A model generated the notes under the pieces. It made no database searches, was not told the origin of the DNA, and worked only from the letters and a program-made list of their open reading frames with translations. Position numbers and translations under genes: made by a program. A DNA stretch of 64,000 bases from Hyaloraphidium curvatum SAG 235-1 (lineage: Eukaryota > Fungi > Monoblepharomycota): assembly GCA_025558095.1 (NCBI GenBank), contig JAIVFI010000031.1:372001-436000 (forward strand). The letters run 5' to 3'. Shown here piece after piece: positions 1-12,422 of the stretch (the stretch's first letter is position 1; every line of letters starts with the position of its first letter).

Positions 1-286
1 AAGCATTATCGAGTTCGGCTTGTCGTACGATGATGCATGCTTGAGCTGCGCAGCCAAGGGATGGCAACGAGTGTACTATCCATAAAGCGAAGGCAAGAGA
101 GGGATGTGAGGCGTCGTATGGCTGCATTGAGCTGACTAGGCGCCCGCGAAAGAACATGGGCAGGATCGGCGTCGCTGCAGAGATGGAGCGCTGCAACAAT
201 TGAAGCCCCAGCCCCCCCACTCCCGACTCGCAACAACAAGGAGGCTGTGCCAAACTCCGCACCCCTCGCCCGCACTCCAAGCAACG

Positions 287-819
287 ATGGCCCCCGACGC
301 CCTCAAGCAGCCCATGGAGTGGGCCACAGCCGTTTACGCCGCGGCGGACGCGATGGACGCCGAAGGCTACCTCAAGTTCCTCTCTCCCGGTTGGGCATGC
401 CTGACGGGCTGTGCCCGATGCTCGAGCTCATTACGTTGCGCGACAGATGTTTGGTTCCGGTTCGGCAACAATCCCCCGGCGATCGGTGCGGAGGCGGCCA
501 GCGCAGCGCTCGGCGGCTTCCTGGGCGCCATCAGCAGCATGAAGCACGAGTTCGTCTCGGTCGGGGCGACCGGATCCACCGTCGTGATTGAGGCCGACAT
601 CAAGTACGGACGCAAAGATGGGACGTCGGTGACTATCCCGGGGACCATCCTTTACCATATTGGAAAGGACGGTCTGGCACAACAAGCACAGATCTTCATG
701 GTAGAGCGGTCTCCATCTCGTTCTTCCTTCCATACTGATCTCCACAATCTGACAAGGATGCCTCGCCGATCTTTACGGGTGCCGAAGTTCCGCACGCCCC
801 CAGGCCCAAGATCGAGTAG
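287..819 (+). CDS. SnoaL-like / NTF2-fold small protein (3 exons)
   Basis: ATG 287; introns 390-446 and 701-756 (GT-AG). Spliced product ...DVWFRFGNNPPAIG...VVIEADIKYGRKDG...QIFMDASPIF... matches the SnoaL_2 pattern. Confidence 0.75.
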
Positions 820-990
820 GGTAGAACGCTTTCGGTGGGCAACGACCGCTGTCCATACCTCCGGCTGCTGGATGCTCTTCCACAAAGCAGCCGGAATGTG
901 ACGCCGCGGATTGATGATTGTGGGTTAACGACGAAGACGGATAGCCGGTAAAGGCTTCTTTTGCATCCAATAAATACGCGGAATTGCAAC

Positions 991-2490
991 CTAAACCAAC
1001 ATCATCATCACAAGCACCAGAACAGCAAGGACAGTAGTCCCAATCATCCACGGCAAGGAGCTCCCTGCGCCCGACGGCCTGCTGGTGGACACCGACGCGG
1101 TTGTGGACTGCGCCGTGGCCGATGCAGAGGCCGATGCCGATGCAGAGGCCGATGCCGAAGCAGACGCTGTTGCCGAGACCGACGTGGCCGTCGAGGCGCT
1201 CGGCGTGATCACGGTCAGCGTCGAGGAGCCTGCCGCGTTGCTGGTCGTCGCAAGAACGCTGCCCGAAGCAGAGACCGTCGCGGTAGACGACCCAGTGCGG
1301 CTGGAGGTCCTCGTTGTTTCCGGGGGAGGGTCCTGGTAGAATGCGCAAGCGGGGCTCGTGGAGTTGGCGAACGGAATCACGGTATCGGCGACGACGCCGT
1401 TTTCGTCGGCGCATTCCACGCTGAAAGACTTGACAATGATCCGGAAATCGGCTGCAGATACCGTCAGTCTCTACCAGCTAGGTCCACGATTTCGACTCAC
1501 GGTTGGACGGTTCAGTCCAGTTTGTGGGACCTCCCGCCCAGCTCGAAGCTCCTTCGTTGCTCTGCGAATCAGGCGCCGCGAATCAGGAAAACAGCTTCAC
1601 CAGCAGTACCCAGCTTTTCTCACAGAGCCAGCATCCCAGATCGTCATTACAATCTTCCCCGGCCGGTACGGAATGTCGGGAAAGTCTTTCCGGAAGGTCC
1701 CACGCTTGGTGTCGCCGTCCAAGGTCCAGAAGATGGAATCCGGGGTGCGGAGGACGCAGTACTCGTGGAAGTTCTCGAAACCGTCCGAGGGGAGTGGATG
1801 GAAGCCACCGTGCGAGTTGTTAAGCTTCTCGAGCCCGAACCAAACGCTTTCGAAGCGGTCGGTCCGGATGCCGGTGAGCTCGACGTCGATTTCGTCGTCA
1901 ACGGTGGCTCCGGGGATATAAGACGAAATCACTGAAGCAGTATAAGACGCGTTTTCGACAGAGAAACGGGAGAGTGACCCACTGAACGCCGTGATCACGC
2001 CGCCGCCCCGAGCGGCCTTGAACGTCATGCACGTCTTGCCGTACTGCCACCAACGGGACCAGCTCACGGCAGTCTCCTGTCCGCCAATCTTGCCGAATTC
2101 CTATTCCAGCGGCGGTGAGGGCTTCACGTCAGTTGCGAGCCTGCGATCGGCCACTGATTCCCGGGGACTGACATTGATCTTGGTTGCCCGGTTCATCTGC
2201 AGCTTCATTCCCTCCGGCGTGATCTCTGCGTCGCTGTTGTAGAACTCCATCACGAAGTCGGCACAGCCCGGGTCGCCATTCCATCTTGTGATGTTCGAGA
2301 GCGAGTTGGCGGCGCGAACGGAGCCGTCGTCAAAGTCGATCCGATACCGGCCCCGGCAGACGCCATTCTGGCGCGGATCACTGAGAGGGCTCCTCAGAGT
2401 GCCCGGCAGGTCGCGAGCATCGGCCGCGTTGACGAACAGGCAGGCCACGACGAGGGCCGCCAGGAGCCAAAACAGGCGAGAAGGTGCCAT
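991..2490 (-). CDS. GH16 Crh/Utr2-like cell-wall transglycosylase, probably GPI-anchored (multi-exon)
   Basis: Signal peptide MAPSRLFWLLAALVVACLFVNAADA; catalytic motif DEIDVE; FHEY, WTLDG and TIWDAG strands; Ser/Thr/Ala-rich tail and hydrophobic C-terminus. Confidence 0.85.
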
Positions 2491-3146
2491 TGCGGATCCG
2501 TGCGATGTTCTGCCAGGCCTTTTAAAGCCCCCGCAGAACTCGCAATCAATCGCTCCAAGGCACGTGGGAGGCGATTTGAGGGCCCCACTGGTCTGGTTAG
2601 GCAGCGATGGCCGTCGAAAGGAAGGGGAACGCCCGGGCCGAGAATGAGACGGCACGCCGCATGCGGACACTGATCTCGCGCCCACCGGCAGCGGCTGGCA
2701 CACGGAGCAGGCTCCGGAAAGATCGGGAGCTGTATGCCGCTGTATGGGCTGCAGCGGTCCAGGGCAGAGTTGGTCCCCCGTCGGTCGGCGCGGGCTGATG
2801 AGGCGCTGCGGCCTGCGCTGGACCCATTTTCCATTCCCGGATGATACCCACTACTCCGCGCCAGACGGCGACACGAATACCTCGACAGAGAACATCTCCC
2901 TCCAGGGAATTTGACTTAGCTTCAGCTGCTTCGAAATCTGGTCCAGGAAGGGGTTGTTCAGCCTTCGTAGGCCTCGACCCAGTAAATCACACCACGTCCA
3001 TCATCACCAACGCCTTCGCACTATGGGCAGTTTCAGAGCCTCGGAGGAAAGCACCGCGGCTGGTATGCTATTCTAAATTGTACAAGGCGTGCCGAACTCA
3101 AAAGTGCAGGATCTTCCAAAAGTCAACAATTCTCTGCCCGACGTCA

Positions 3147-6100
3147 TCACTGGATCAAGCACACCCTCCGGCCCTTCTTCTGCTTTTTCGCGGCACTTTT
3201 GCCGTCCAAAGACGCGCCTCGCGGCGTTGCAGTCACCGGCGTCGCGAGCGCGCTCGGCGCCTCCGACTGGCCCCCGATCGCCGGCGAGTTTGGTGCCGTG
3301 GGCTCCGCGCTGGCCAGGTCGTTGGCGACGACCATGGGCATCGACGGCCCCGCCGGCGGGGCTACCGACATCGAGTAGGTCGAGGACCGCCTCGACGACA
3401 TCAGCGACGGCGCCTTGGAGGAGGACGCCGACGCCACCGACCCGCCGATGGAAAAGCTGCTCGGCCAGATCATCGAGAACCTGGACACCTTCCCGCCGAG
3501 ATCCTGCACCTTCTTGACCGCTGACTTGTCGCCCTTCTTGGCGGCCATCTCGTACCACCGGCACGCCTCCTTGGTATCCGGCGCCATCCCAGTCCCGATT
3601 CCGTGCTCGTAAAAGTAGGCAACGGCCTGCGAGGAAGCGCTGTAAACAACGTCGAAGCGAATGATCGGCGCACGGCACTCACGTAGAAACCGCGACCGAG
3701 ACCTTTCTCCGCGGCTTGCCGTGCCCATTTGTAGGCCAGCTCGTCGCTCTGGGGGAAGGTGAAGGGCGGCTCCTTGCCGAACCGCTTGGGCTGGACCTTG
3801 ACCTCCTCGCCCGGCCGGGGCCAGCCAGTCAGGTACCACCCCGAGATCTCGAGCATCGAGTCCGCGTGGCCCTGGTTCGCCGCCGCCTGGTAAAGCTGGA
3901 TCGCGATCTTGGGGCTGGGAGTCGTGACCTCGGGCGCCTCGGGGTTGGAGTGCATCCGGCCGAGCTCGTATGCGCGGCCGAGGCGGTGCTGAGCCTCGGG
4001 GTCGCCGAGCTCGGATCCGCGCTTGAGCAGCTCGAACGCGTAGTCGTCGTCCCGCAGCACGACGTGCTCGATCCCCTGGGCGTGCAGCTTGGAGAGCTCG
4101 ACGCACACTCGCGGGAACCTGGTGTCGGCGTACTTGAGGGCGATCCGGAGCCACTTGACGGCATCGCGCGGGGACCGCGACAGCCCCAACTCCCCGTTCA
4201 GCAAAGCCATCCCAAGCCGGGTCATCGCACCAGGATGGTTGAGGACGGCTGCCTTGCGGAAAAAGTCCGCCGCACGGCGCTGGGACGATCGGGTGCCCAA
4301 GCCACGCTCGGTGCAGAGGGCGCTGAGTGCAAAGGTCAGCGCGTCGCGGAGGCAACGGGCTCCAGATGGAACCTACACATTGTACGTGGCGTCGGCATGG
4401 TTCCTCTTGGCCGCCATGACCCAGAGCTCGAAGGCGCGCGCATAGTCGGGCTTGTGCTTCTTGCTCCGGTTGCGCACGTTGTCGGGCAGGCCGGTGATGA
4501 AGAGGTTGCCGAGCGTGTACTGGGAAGGTGGGTGGTAGTGCACGTAGGCGAGGCGCCGCAGGAGCTTGATCGCGCTGTGGGTGACGTCGGCCGACGGGCC
4601 TCGGCCCTTGTCGTCGCACCAGGGGAGGTCGGTGAGGTGGTCCAACAGGAAGTCGAGGAAGTGGTACTGGAAAAGAGCCGATTGGTCAGATGATGTGCCG
4701 GATCGTGCAAAAGTCCACGACTCACCCGCTCGTCCACATCCTGGGTCCTCCTCGCGTACTTGAGCGCCTTCTGCGCCTGGTCCAGGGACAGGATGTCGCT
4801 GTCGAATAGCGTGTCGTTGCCCGGCAGGCTTGACCCGCGGCCGCTCGAGCCGTCCTCGGTCTCGGCGTCCGTGTCGGCCTCGGACATGTCGCCGGCGAGG
4901 TCCGAAGACGAGAAACCGCCGGGAAGCTCAAAGTCGTCCCCGTCGCCGCCCATCTGGCCCTCGCCGTGCATGAGCTGGTCCAGCGCCATCATGGAAGCGC
5001 GGTGGTCGACGCCGCCCCGGAAGGTCGGCTTGTTGGGCGGGGAGCGGTTCATGTCCGGGCTCGTGTGCGAGGTCCGCATCGAGGGCGCAAAGGTCGACGA
5101 GCGATCGGGCTCCGACATCTGCGACGCGGCCTCGTCCGGGTAGTACATCTGCGACTCGGGCCGGGAGAAGGACGAGTAGGAGAGGTCCGGGTCGGAGCCG
5201 TTGACGGGGGCCGTGCGCGAGCGAGCGGGGGTGGACCGCTTGGAGCGCGCGTCGTCCTCCTCCTCGGCGCCCTTAAGGAGCATGTCGCGGATGGCCGCAT
5301 GTGCGTCCTTCTTGAGCTCCTCCATGTTCTCGGGAGTCAGTCCGACCATGGAGTGGCGGGCCGTTCCGTAGGCGATCGGCCTGTTGCTCCGGAAGCTCCG
5401 GCGGCGCCGCTTGGGTCCCTTGGCGGCGGCAGCGGCCGCCAGCGGCGAGCTGACGTTGGGCTGGTAGCTCGACATGCGTGCCCCGCCAAAGCGCTGGTCG
5501 AGACGGGGGGAGCTGGCCGAACGCGGGATGCCCGAGATGATGGGCCCAGAATAGTCCCGCTCCTCCAGGTTCTCGGCCGACTGCGAGTGCGACATCCTGC
5601 TCAGATCCCCGGACGAGGGAGACTGCTCAGTCTGCGGGCCGGGGCGCGGGAAGGACGGGTCCTCCTCCTCCCCGGCGTCCTGCCTGGGCTTGCCGACTTT
5701 GCCAAGCCCGTCCTCGTCTTCCTCCTCCTCGTCCACCGTTTCGAGGTCGCGCCCGGCGTAGTGGTCGACGACCGGTTGCGCCTGCACCAGCTGCGCCTGC
5801 ATGCGGATGCGCGCCGCGGCCTCGGGGTCCTCCATCCCGATCATGGCCGAGACGACAAAGGCATCGTCGCCGGCAAGGAACATGGAAGGGCTGCTGGGGC
5901 TGTTTGGGGTGGTGGCAATGACGCCCGAATGCGGCGAGGCCACCGCGAGGGGTGAAAGGTTGGAGTTGACCGACTGGATAGTTGCGCCGGGCTGCTGAGC
6001 GGGGGACAGCTTGGGGTCGGCCTCCCCGACGGGAGTCGGGAGCATGTTCATGAGCTGGGCGGTGAGTGCAGCACTCTCCTCAACGGCAAGAACGTCTTCT

Positions 6101-6873
6101 TGATGTCGAGGAGGAGGTGTGAGGACAATGTCCGGAGCCTCCGTGGGGCTGGTCGCCGTGGGTTCCGCGACCATGATCGGCGGAGTTACGGGGTCCGCAA
6201 TGACGAAACCTGCCGGAGCCTCGACGTAGACGGGCGGCGGCGACGAGTCCGACTTTAAGGAATGCGTTTGCAAGTCCGTGATGGGGCTCTGTGGACGCGT
6301 GTCCTCGATCGGGCCCTTGCTCCCGTCCGCGGGCCACTCGGGCGTGCGCTCCGGGGTCGCAGCTCCCGCGGCCGCCACGGCGGCCATGTCCACCGGCTTG
6401 GGCCTCATTTCCGAGGTTCCAGCGTCCGACGCACTCCCGATCGAGGGGGACGAAAGGCCCGAGAGCAGGTTCCTGTTCTTGCGAGGCGACTTTGGCGACA
6501 GCGGCTCTGGCGACAGGGCGGCGCCGCCGGGGCTCTGCACGGCGGCAGCACCATTCGCCGCATCGCCTGGGACCGCGATGCCCGAGAGCGAGTCCACGCG
6601 CTTTGGCGGCAGCGGGGGCTCGACGGCGCCGGGCTGTTTGACGGGCACGGCAGGCGTGCCGTTCAGGGCGCCGACCGACGACGAGCGCGGCAGGATGGGC
6701 ATCTGGTATGCAGCGGCGGCGGCGGCGGCGGTTGTGGCGTCGAGTGCGGCCTTTGCGTCGGACGGGCTGCGGCGGGTGTTGGGTGCTTGGGCCCCCACTG
6801 CGGCGGAGCGCACCCACCCTGCGGGGCCGGCCGGCGGCGGCGCGGCCGCCACGTCGACGTCAGCGGGCGCCAT
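3147..6873 (-). CDS. Sel1-repeat chitin synthase activator-like protein (Chs4/Skt5 family) with C-terminal CaaX
   Basis: Long disordered N-terminus, several Sel1 repeats (YTLGNLFITG, AFELWVMAAKRNHADA, AQHRLGRAYELG, MLEISGWYLTG, YFYEHGIG), ending in polybasic KKQKKGRRV-CLIQ*. Confidence 0.8.
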
Positions 6874-7238
6874 GATGCGCTTTGGGCGCGGCGGCGCGGC
6901 GCGGGGTTCGGCGCGGGGCGCGGGGTAAACAACCGCGGGGCGGCCGGTCACACAGCGCGGGGGCCGCCGCAGCGGGGCGGCATCCGCCGGCGGGCAGCGG
7001 CGGCAGACGAGGCGCGCTCGGCGGAGTCCGGCTCGGCTCCGAGCCCCGATCGGAGAGTTTGCCCCGTCGCGATTCGCAGGGGAACGGCAGGGATCCGAGG
7101 CTCCCTCGAAAACCAAACAAACTCAAGCGGTTAAGACCGCAATTAGGAAAAACCCCGCCACACGCCCCTCAGCACCGCGGGGGATTCAGGCGCCATCGCG
7201 ACTCGGTGGCGCGGCCCGGACCTTCGGGCGCGCTTGCG

Positions 7239-9388
7239 ATGCGTTTACGCCGACCCGCCACGTGCGGCGGGGCGGCACATACGGGCCATCGGAGGACACG
7301 GTCTTGCCGGACGGGTCGTGAACCCACGTGGCCCGCCACTGCGGCACTGTTCCTTGCAGTCCTGGTTTTGCTGCTGCGGACAACCTCGGCCCAGACGGAC
7401 CTGACGGCCTGCTCGACCGCCTGCGTCCGGGCTTCCGCGGAGGAGGCGCAATGTCCGCTGACGGGGACCCAGCTGTTCCCGCCGCGCTCGTGCGCCTGCG
7501 ACACGGAGGCGGTGTTCTACACCACGCTCCTGGCGTGTCTGGACACCGATAATTGTCGAGACGGGGATTTCGTCCGAGAGTACGTCCAGGTCAGTTGGAG
7601 AAAGCCCCCCTCTCCTACCGTCCCTTTCTGACGGTTCTCCAGGGGTATTGCCCAGGCCTAGCTATCCCAACGCTGAACTCCGGGGGGACGACCACGAGCG
7701 GCACCAGGGGCTCGACAAAGACCACGACGACGACTCGGACGACGTCGGCACCGACCACCAAGTCCGGAACGACCACAACCACAAAGTGCGTTCAACCGAC
7801 GGTATCGCTGCCAGAAGCTTGACGTGTCGCTCTTTCAATCAAGAACCGTCACCTCCCCCACCACGGGCACCACTCTTTCGACGACGAGGACCACGTCCCG
7901 AACATCGTCCGCCACCACCTCGACCGTGACGACCACGTCGCGGACAACCACCCTGACCACCGTTGCCACCACTTTGCCCTCTACCACGACCCGTGGCACG
8001 ACCACGACTGTCGGAACCAGCGTTTCCACCGTTCCGCCGACCCCGACCCTGACCGGCCAACCGCTGTTCCTCGCCGCCGCGAACGGGCAGCTGGCCTGCG
8101 GCACCACGAGCTGCAGCGTGGCCGTCGCCGGCGATTCGTTCCAGAGGGTGTGCCCGGACCGCACCTCGAATTGCCTGGCGGTGCTGCTCGTCAAGGCCGC
8201 GCCGGGGCAGCTCTGCCTGACCGTGGGGCCGGACGAAATTACCGGTGAGCGGACCTGCTTTCGACCGCTGCTTCGAGGTTGCTAAATCATTGTTCCCCCT
8301 GTTGCAGTCTTTCTTTCGTCGTGCAGGTCCCCGATCCCCTCCATCAGCCGGCGGCAGACCGTCAGCGACCAGCTTTGGGTCTTTTCCGCGTCTGGCAACG
8401 CCACGCAGACGCACGTCGCGCTCCAGGCGAACCTCAATTGCCTCCAACCGGGCTCCGGAAACCGCGTGGTGCTGGACAACTGCGTGTCTCCGGCCGCCAC
8501 CTGGAACATCATCAGCTCAGTGCCGCCGCCGCAGCCCCTGTCCTCGGGCGGCCTGTCGACGGGTGCTATCATCGGCATTGTCGTCGGGTCCGTGGCGGGC
8601 CTGTTCCTCCTCGGCGGCCTGATCGCGTACCTCGTGATCCGCGACAAAAAGAAGAAACAGGCCGCGGAGCTGGCCCTCCAGCAACGGACGGACGACCGGG
8701 ACGCCCAGCTGGCGGCCCAGAATGAGGCCCGCGCCGCTGGATTCGCCGCGGGCCAGTCGCCGAACGGATACACCAACGGCAGCGTGAACGGGTACTCGAG
8801 CATACCCTACGGATCCGCGGCGCCCGCCTACACCTCGGCGGTGCCGGACTACATGGCTTCCATCCCCATGAACGCCGTTTCCCAGAGCCGCGGCGTGTCC
8901 CCGGCCTCCCAACCGATGCAGTCCTCGCCGTTGCCCGGCGGGATGGCGTCGATCGCCTCCGCGGGAGCCGCGGCGGCCGCGTATCCCTCCCCGGGCCACC
9001 TCCCCGGGACGCCTTCACCGGCGTCGCCCGTGCCCCCCTCGGCTGCCGGCTCGATCGTGGCCGGCGCGCTTCCGGCGGGCTCGGCGGACCTCTCTTTGTA
9101 CCAGGGGCAGCAGTGCACTGCGACGCGGCCGTACAACCCGAAGTACGCGGACGAAATGGAGCTGAGGCCCGGGGATGTGGTGTTGGTGGAGCGGGTGCAC
9201 GAGGATGGCTGGGCACAGGTGCGTTGTTCGTCGAATCCGTTTCGCGTCCCGGAACTGATTTCCGCGATCGAAAGGGTTATAACTACACGTCGAATGTGCG
9301 GGCTATGTTGCCCCTCAATTTTGTTCGGCCGACGGGGGCGGCGCAGACGCCCGGGGCCGTGCCGTCGCCGGGGCAGCAACGGACATGA
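7239..9388 (+). CDS. Type I membrane protein: signal peptide, CFEM-like Cys domain, Thr-rich stalk, Cys/QLW (ricin-B-like) domain, TM helix, cytoplasmic SH3
   Basis: Exons joined by eye. Cys pattern CSTACV..C..CAC..C..C; TM GAIIGIVVGSVAGLFLLGGLIAYLVI followed by RDKKKK; SH3 signature RPYNPKYADEMELRPGDVVLVERVHEDGWAQG...LPLNFV. Confidence 0.75.
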
Positions 9389-9550
9389 GGCCGGAGAGTG
9401 GAGGGCAGGCGTAATTGGAGCGAGCAGAGCTATAGCTCCACATGATTTGACCTATTGTTGTGTATGGTGATGAAGATTGGAATGTCACAAGATACATCAA
9501 CGAACGAAGACAAATGACGAAGCAATCACAGATCCAGATGACCATGAAAA

Positions 9551-11224
9551 TCAGATGATGATATATGACTCCTTGCGCCCTCCATCGCCCATGGCAGGCG
9601 GAGCCGCAAGCGTCGAAACCGCTCCCTCTCTCTCCTCACCACAACGTTCCTGCGAGACTAGCGTGTCTCGCTTCTGGGAAGCGAGGACCCCACCCTCAAC
9701 CATGCACGCAGACATGTCCCCAGCATCCAGCTCGTGGCCTTGATTAGCCGCACAGGTCGACTTCCCACCGGTGCACTCGAGCTTCCCGTGCTCCAATTCG
9801 GCTCCGTCTTTGAGCATGTGCTGCACAGTCCCGGCGGCAACGTTTGCAGAAACCCCAGCCTCCTCGCCGTCGGAGACGATGTCGATGACGCAGAGCGGCG
9901 CAGCACCATCTCGCGAGCCCTTCGGAGCTCCCTTCGACGGCGGGCTGGGCTGCTTGGCGGTGATCTCTTCGATCGTCGATTGCCGCTTGGCGACGGGCAG
10001 AAGATCCTGGGCAGCAGGTTCTCCGGCATCCGGTTTTTTCCCCTTTCCCCGGGGCTTCTTCGGCGGCTTCGGCGGTGCGGGCTGCTTGGCGAACTTCACA
10101 CCCCAAAACTCAGGCAGTCCGAGCGGCCGAGGACGTTCGGCGTAGGCAACGACGGCCTGCGGGTAAACACAGAACCCCTTGAGCCGTGGGTTCTCGTTGT
10201 CGGGAAAGACAAGATACGAGTGATCCACCTCGTTAGGCGTCAAGTAGTAGGAGACCGCGAAGTTGTCTGCAGTGTGGTTGGTTGGAACAGACACACTCCG
10301 CGAACGTCAGCAGCACTCACTGTCGCGATGAATTTCGGCCAAGCCTTTCGCTTTCGACTTGAACTCCTTCTCGAGCTTCCCGGGGAGCGCGAAACGGATC
10401 GCTACCAATACCTCCTGAAGAAGCAAAGTGAGCATGTGTAAGTGACTAAGTTGGAGGGAACCTACCTGCAAGCGCCGTTCAGACCACCATCCATCAAGCA
10501 TGCTCTTCTTCAGGTAGAGAACGACTCGCATGACGTGATAGCTTGTCACCCGCAGAAAGTGGACCGATCTCGTTGGGTAATCGGGCTCGAATGGTCCTTC
10601 GAACCGCTGTGGAGGCACCGGCTCGCGCTCCGTGTCCGACAGGAAGATTGCCTCAGCTCCGGCCTTTGCCTTTTGCTTCCGAGGTTTCTTGGGCTTGGGT
10701 TCGCCCTCGACCCCATCCTGATCCTTTTGCCGGCGTCGCTTCGTTTTCGGAAGAGCCGCACCATCGGCGTCGAGGCTTTGTTCCTCCTCCGCGGCTTGAT
10801 CTTTGCCAACGCGGGGCTTTTTGGGCTTTTCCACCTTGTCTGCTTCGGGGTCCTTTCTCGGCCTGCCTCTCTTCTTCTTCTCGAGCACCGGCTGCACCAA
10901 GGCCGCAGTTGCCGCGCCGTGGTCTGGTCTGGCCCCAGGCCGAAGTTCAACTCCAGGCACGAGCGCGCGACCTTTGGCCGCCCCATTCGGATCGAACATG
11001 AATGACTTGATCGGCGCTGGACGGTCGCGAATCCTGTCCCCGGCTCCGTCTGGCAGATCGTGATCGCCGTTTGGAACGGTTGCGCGCTCTTCGAGAATCA
11101 AACCAGCAACATCTTGATCCCTCGCATCCCCCATCCCGTCGCAGCCCTCAACGGTGTGTGCTGCTTTAGCCAAGACGTCAGAAGCTATCTGCTCCTGCTT
11201 AGCCGTCGGCACCACTGGGATCAT
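9551..11224 (-). CDS. Nuclear protein with AT-hook and SLX4IP-like folded domain (2+ exons)
   Basis: AT-hook KKRGRPRK; folded segment FLRVTSYHVMRVVLYL..WWSERRLQEVLVAIR..FAVSYYL..FCVYPQAVVAY. Start codon uncertain. Confidence 0.5.
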
Positions 11225-11264
11225 CCGTTTATGATGCAATGCTGCTGGTTCCCGGGCGTCCGTC

Positions 11265-12254
11265 CTAGCTGCTCCAATGACAGATTGCCACTTTCGACGT
11301 TTCTGCGATCTCAAGGTCAGAACCTGCCTCGCGGCGCCGCGGTGCGCAAAAGCCTACCCTGTGCTCTACCAATGCAGCGGCCCGAGCCTCGTCGTCGCTC
11401 TCGGCCACGTACTGCCCCTTGAGGTAGTGCTGCCTCGTATCGTCGTCGCTTTCCTCGATCACATCCTCGTGCGAACGAGGTAAACGTCCCGCTCCCGCTC
11501 CCACATCAATGTCCCAACCATCCGACGGAGCAAACACACATCCTCCAAGCGCATGCGGATCCGGTCGAGGAGGCGAACCAGGGGGCGAAGGGTGCGGAGA
11601 AAGAACCGGCGCCGGAACAGCCCTCGCTTCAATCTGCAGAACCAGCGAGCCACCATCTCCAGGAACACTACTCTCTGCGCCTCCAAAGAACACCTTCATG
11701 GCATCCCAGAGCTCTGGTTTCGGGGGCGCTTTCCCCTGCAAACGCAGCGTTCGGCCCTTGTCGTATCCAGCCTCCTCGTAAGCAGTGTAGGTCCGGCGCA
11801 GCGACTTTTCCAGGTTCAAAAGCTCGCTTCCCGCGTAATCGTACTCGGGATACCTGGCGCCAAAGTCCGCGGCCATGACGTCGAAGAGGTCCTTCTGAGT
11901 GATCCCCTCCGCCTTCCGTGCATGCTCCACCCGTTTCTCGCGACGGTACAGGAGCCAACGGGTGCGCGCACGTTCATCGAATTGGGCTGCCTTCTTGCGC
12001 GGCTTCTTGGCGGGGACCTCTGCCGGCCCGTTTGGGGCATTGACCTCCAGGGCCTCGAAGGCCATACCCAGCATCGCAGGTGCCGAGACTGGCTTCTGAA
12101 CGATGCCGGCATGCCGAGGAGATGATCGAAATGCACCTTCGGCCGCAACCTGACCCTTCTGCGAGCCCTGGGACGCCAGGACCTCCTGGCCACGGGGTTC
12201 GATGTCCAGGCCCTCCTGCCCCCTGGGGCGCTCGAGTAGCAGCGCCGCCGACAT
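11265..12254 (-). CDS. Myb/SANT-like DNA-binding domain protein
   Basis: Segment TRWLLYRR..QKDLFDVMAADF..ELLNLEKSLRRTY..PELWDAMKVFFG follows the trihelix/Myb-SANT-like pattern. 5' end uncertain. Confidence 0.5.
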   Translation of the reverse strand: MSAALLLERPRGQEGLDIEPRGQEVLASQGSQKGQVAAEGAFRSSPRHAGIVQKPVSAPAMLGMAFEALEVNAPNGPAEVPAKKPRKKAAQFDERARTRWLLYRREKRVEHARKAEGITQKDLFDVMAADFGARYPEYDYAGSELLNLEKSLRRTYTAYEEAGYDKGRTLRLQGKAPPKPELWDAMKVFFGGAESSVPGDGGSLVLQIEARAVPAPVLSPHPSPPGSPPRPDPHALGGCVFAPSDGWDIDVGAGAGRLPRSHEDVIEESDDDTRQHYLKGQYVAESDDEARAAALVEHRVGFCAPRRREAGSDLEIAETSKVAICHWSS

Positions 12255-12422
12255 GCCCTGTCACTCCATGCCCACTATCCTGGGGATTTATGGTCCATTC
12301 CTCGTCCCACTCAAGCTTTTTGGTGGACGCGTGTACTGGTGTTTGTCCAGCGGACTCGGTTGCTTCGGACTCGGTTGCACCCCAAATCACGCGGCCCTGC
12401 TGTACTGCTGACAAAATGGTAC

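Noticed and set aside
1-138. Possible 3' end of an upstream gene
   Set aside because: Too short to assign frame or product.
1115-1165. 18-nt repeat encoding (SA)n in the GH16 tail
   Set aside because: Ordinary low-complexity stalk of a GPI-type wall protein.
11265-12254. Myb/SANT gene as part of a PIF/Harbinger transposon
   Set aside because: No adjacent DDE transposase or terminal inverted repeats recognised.
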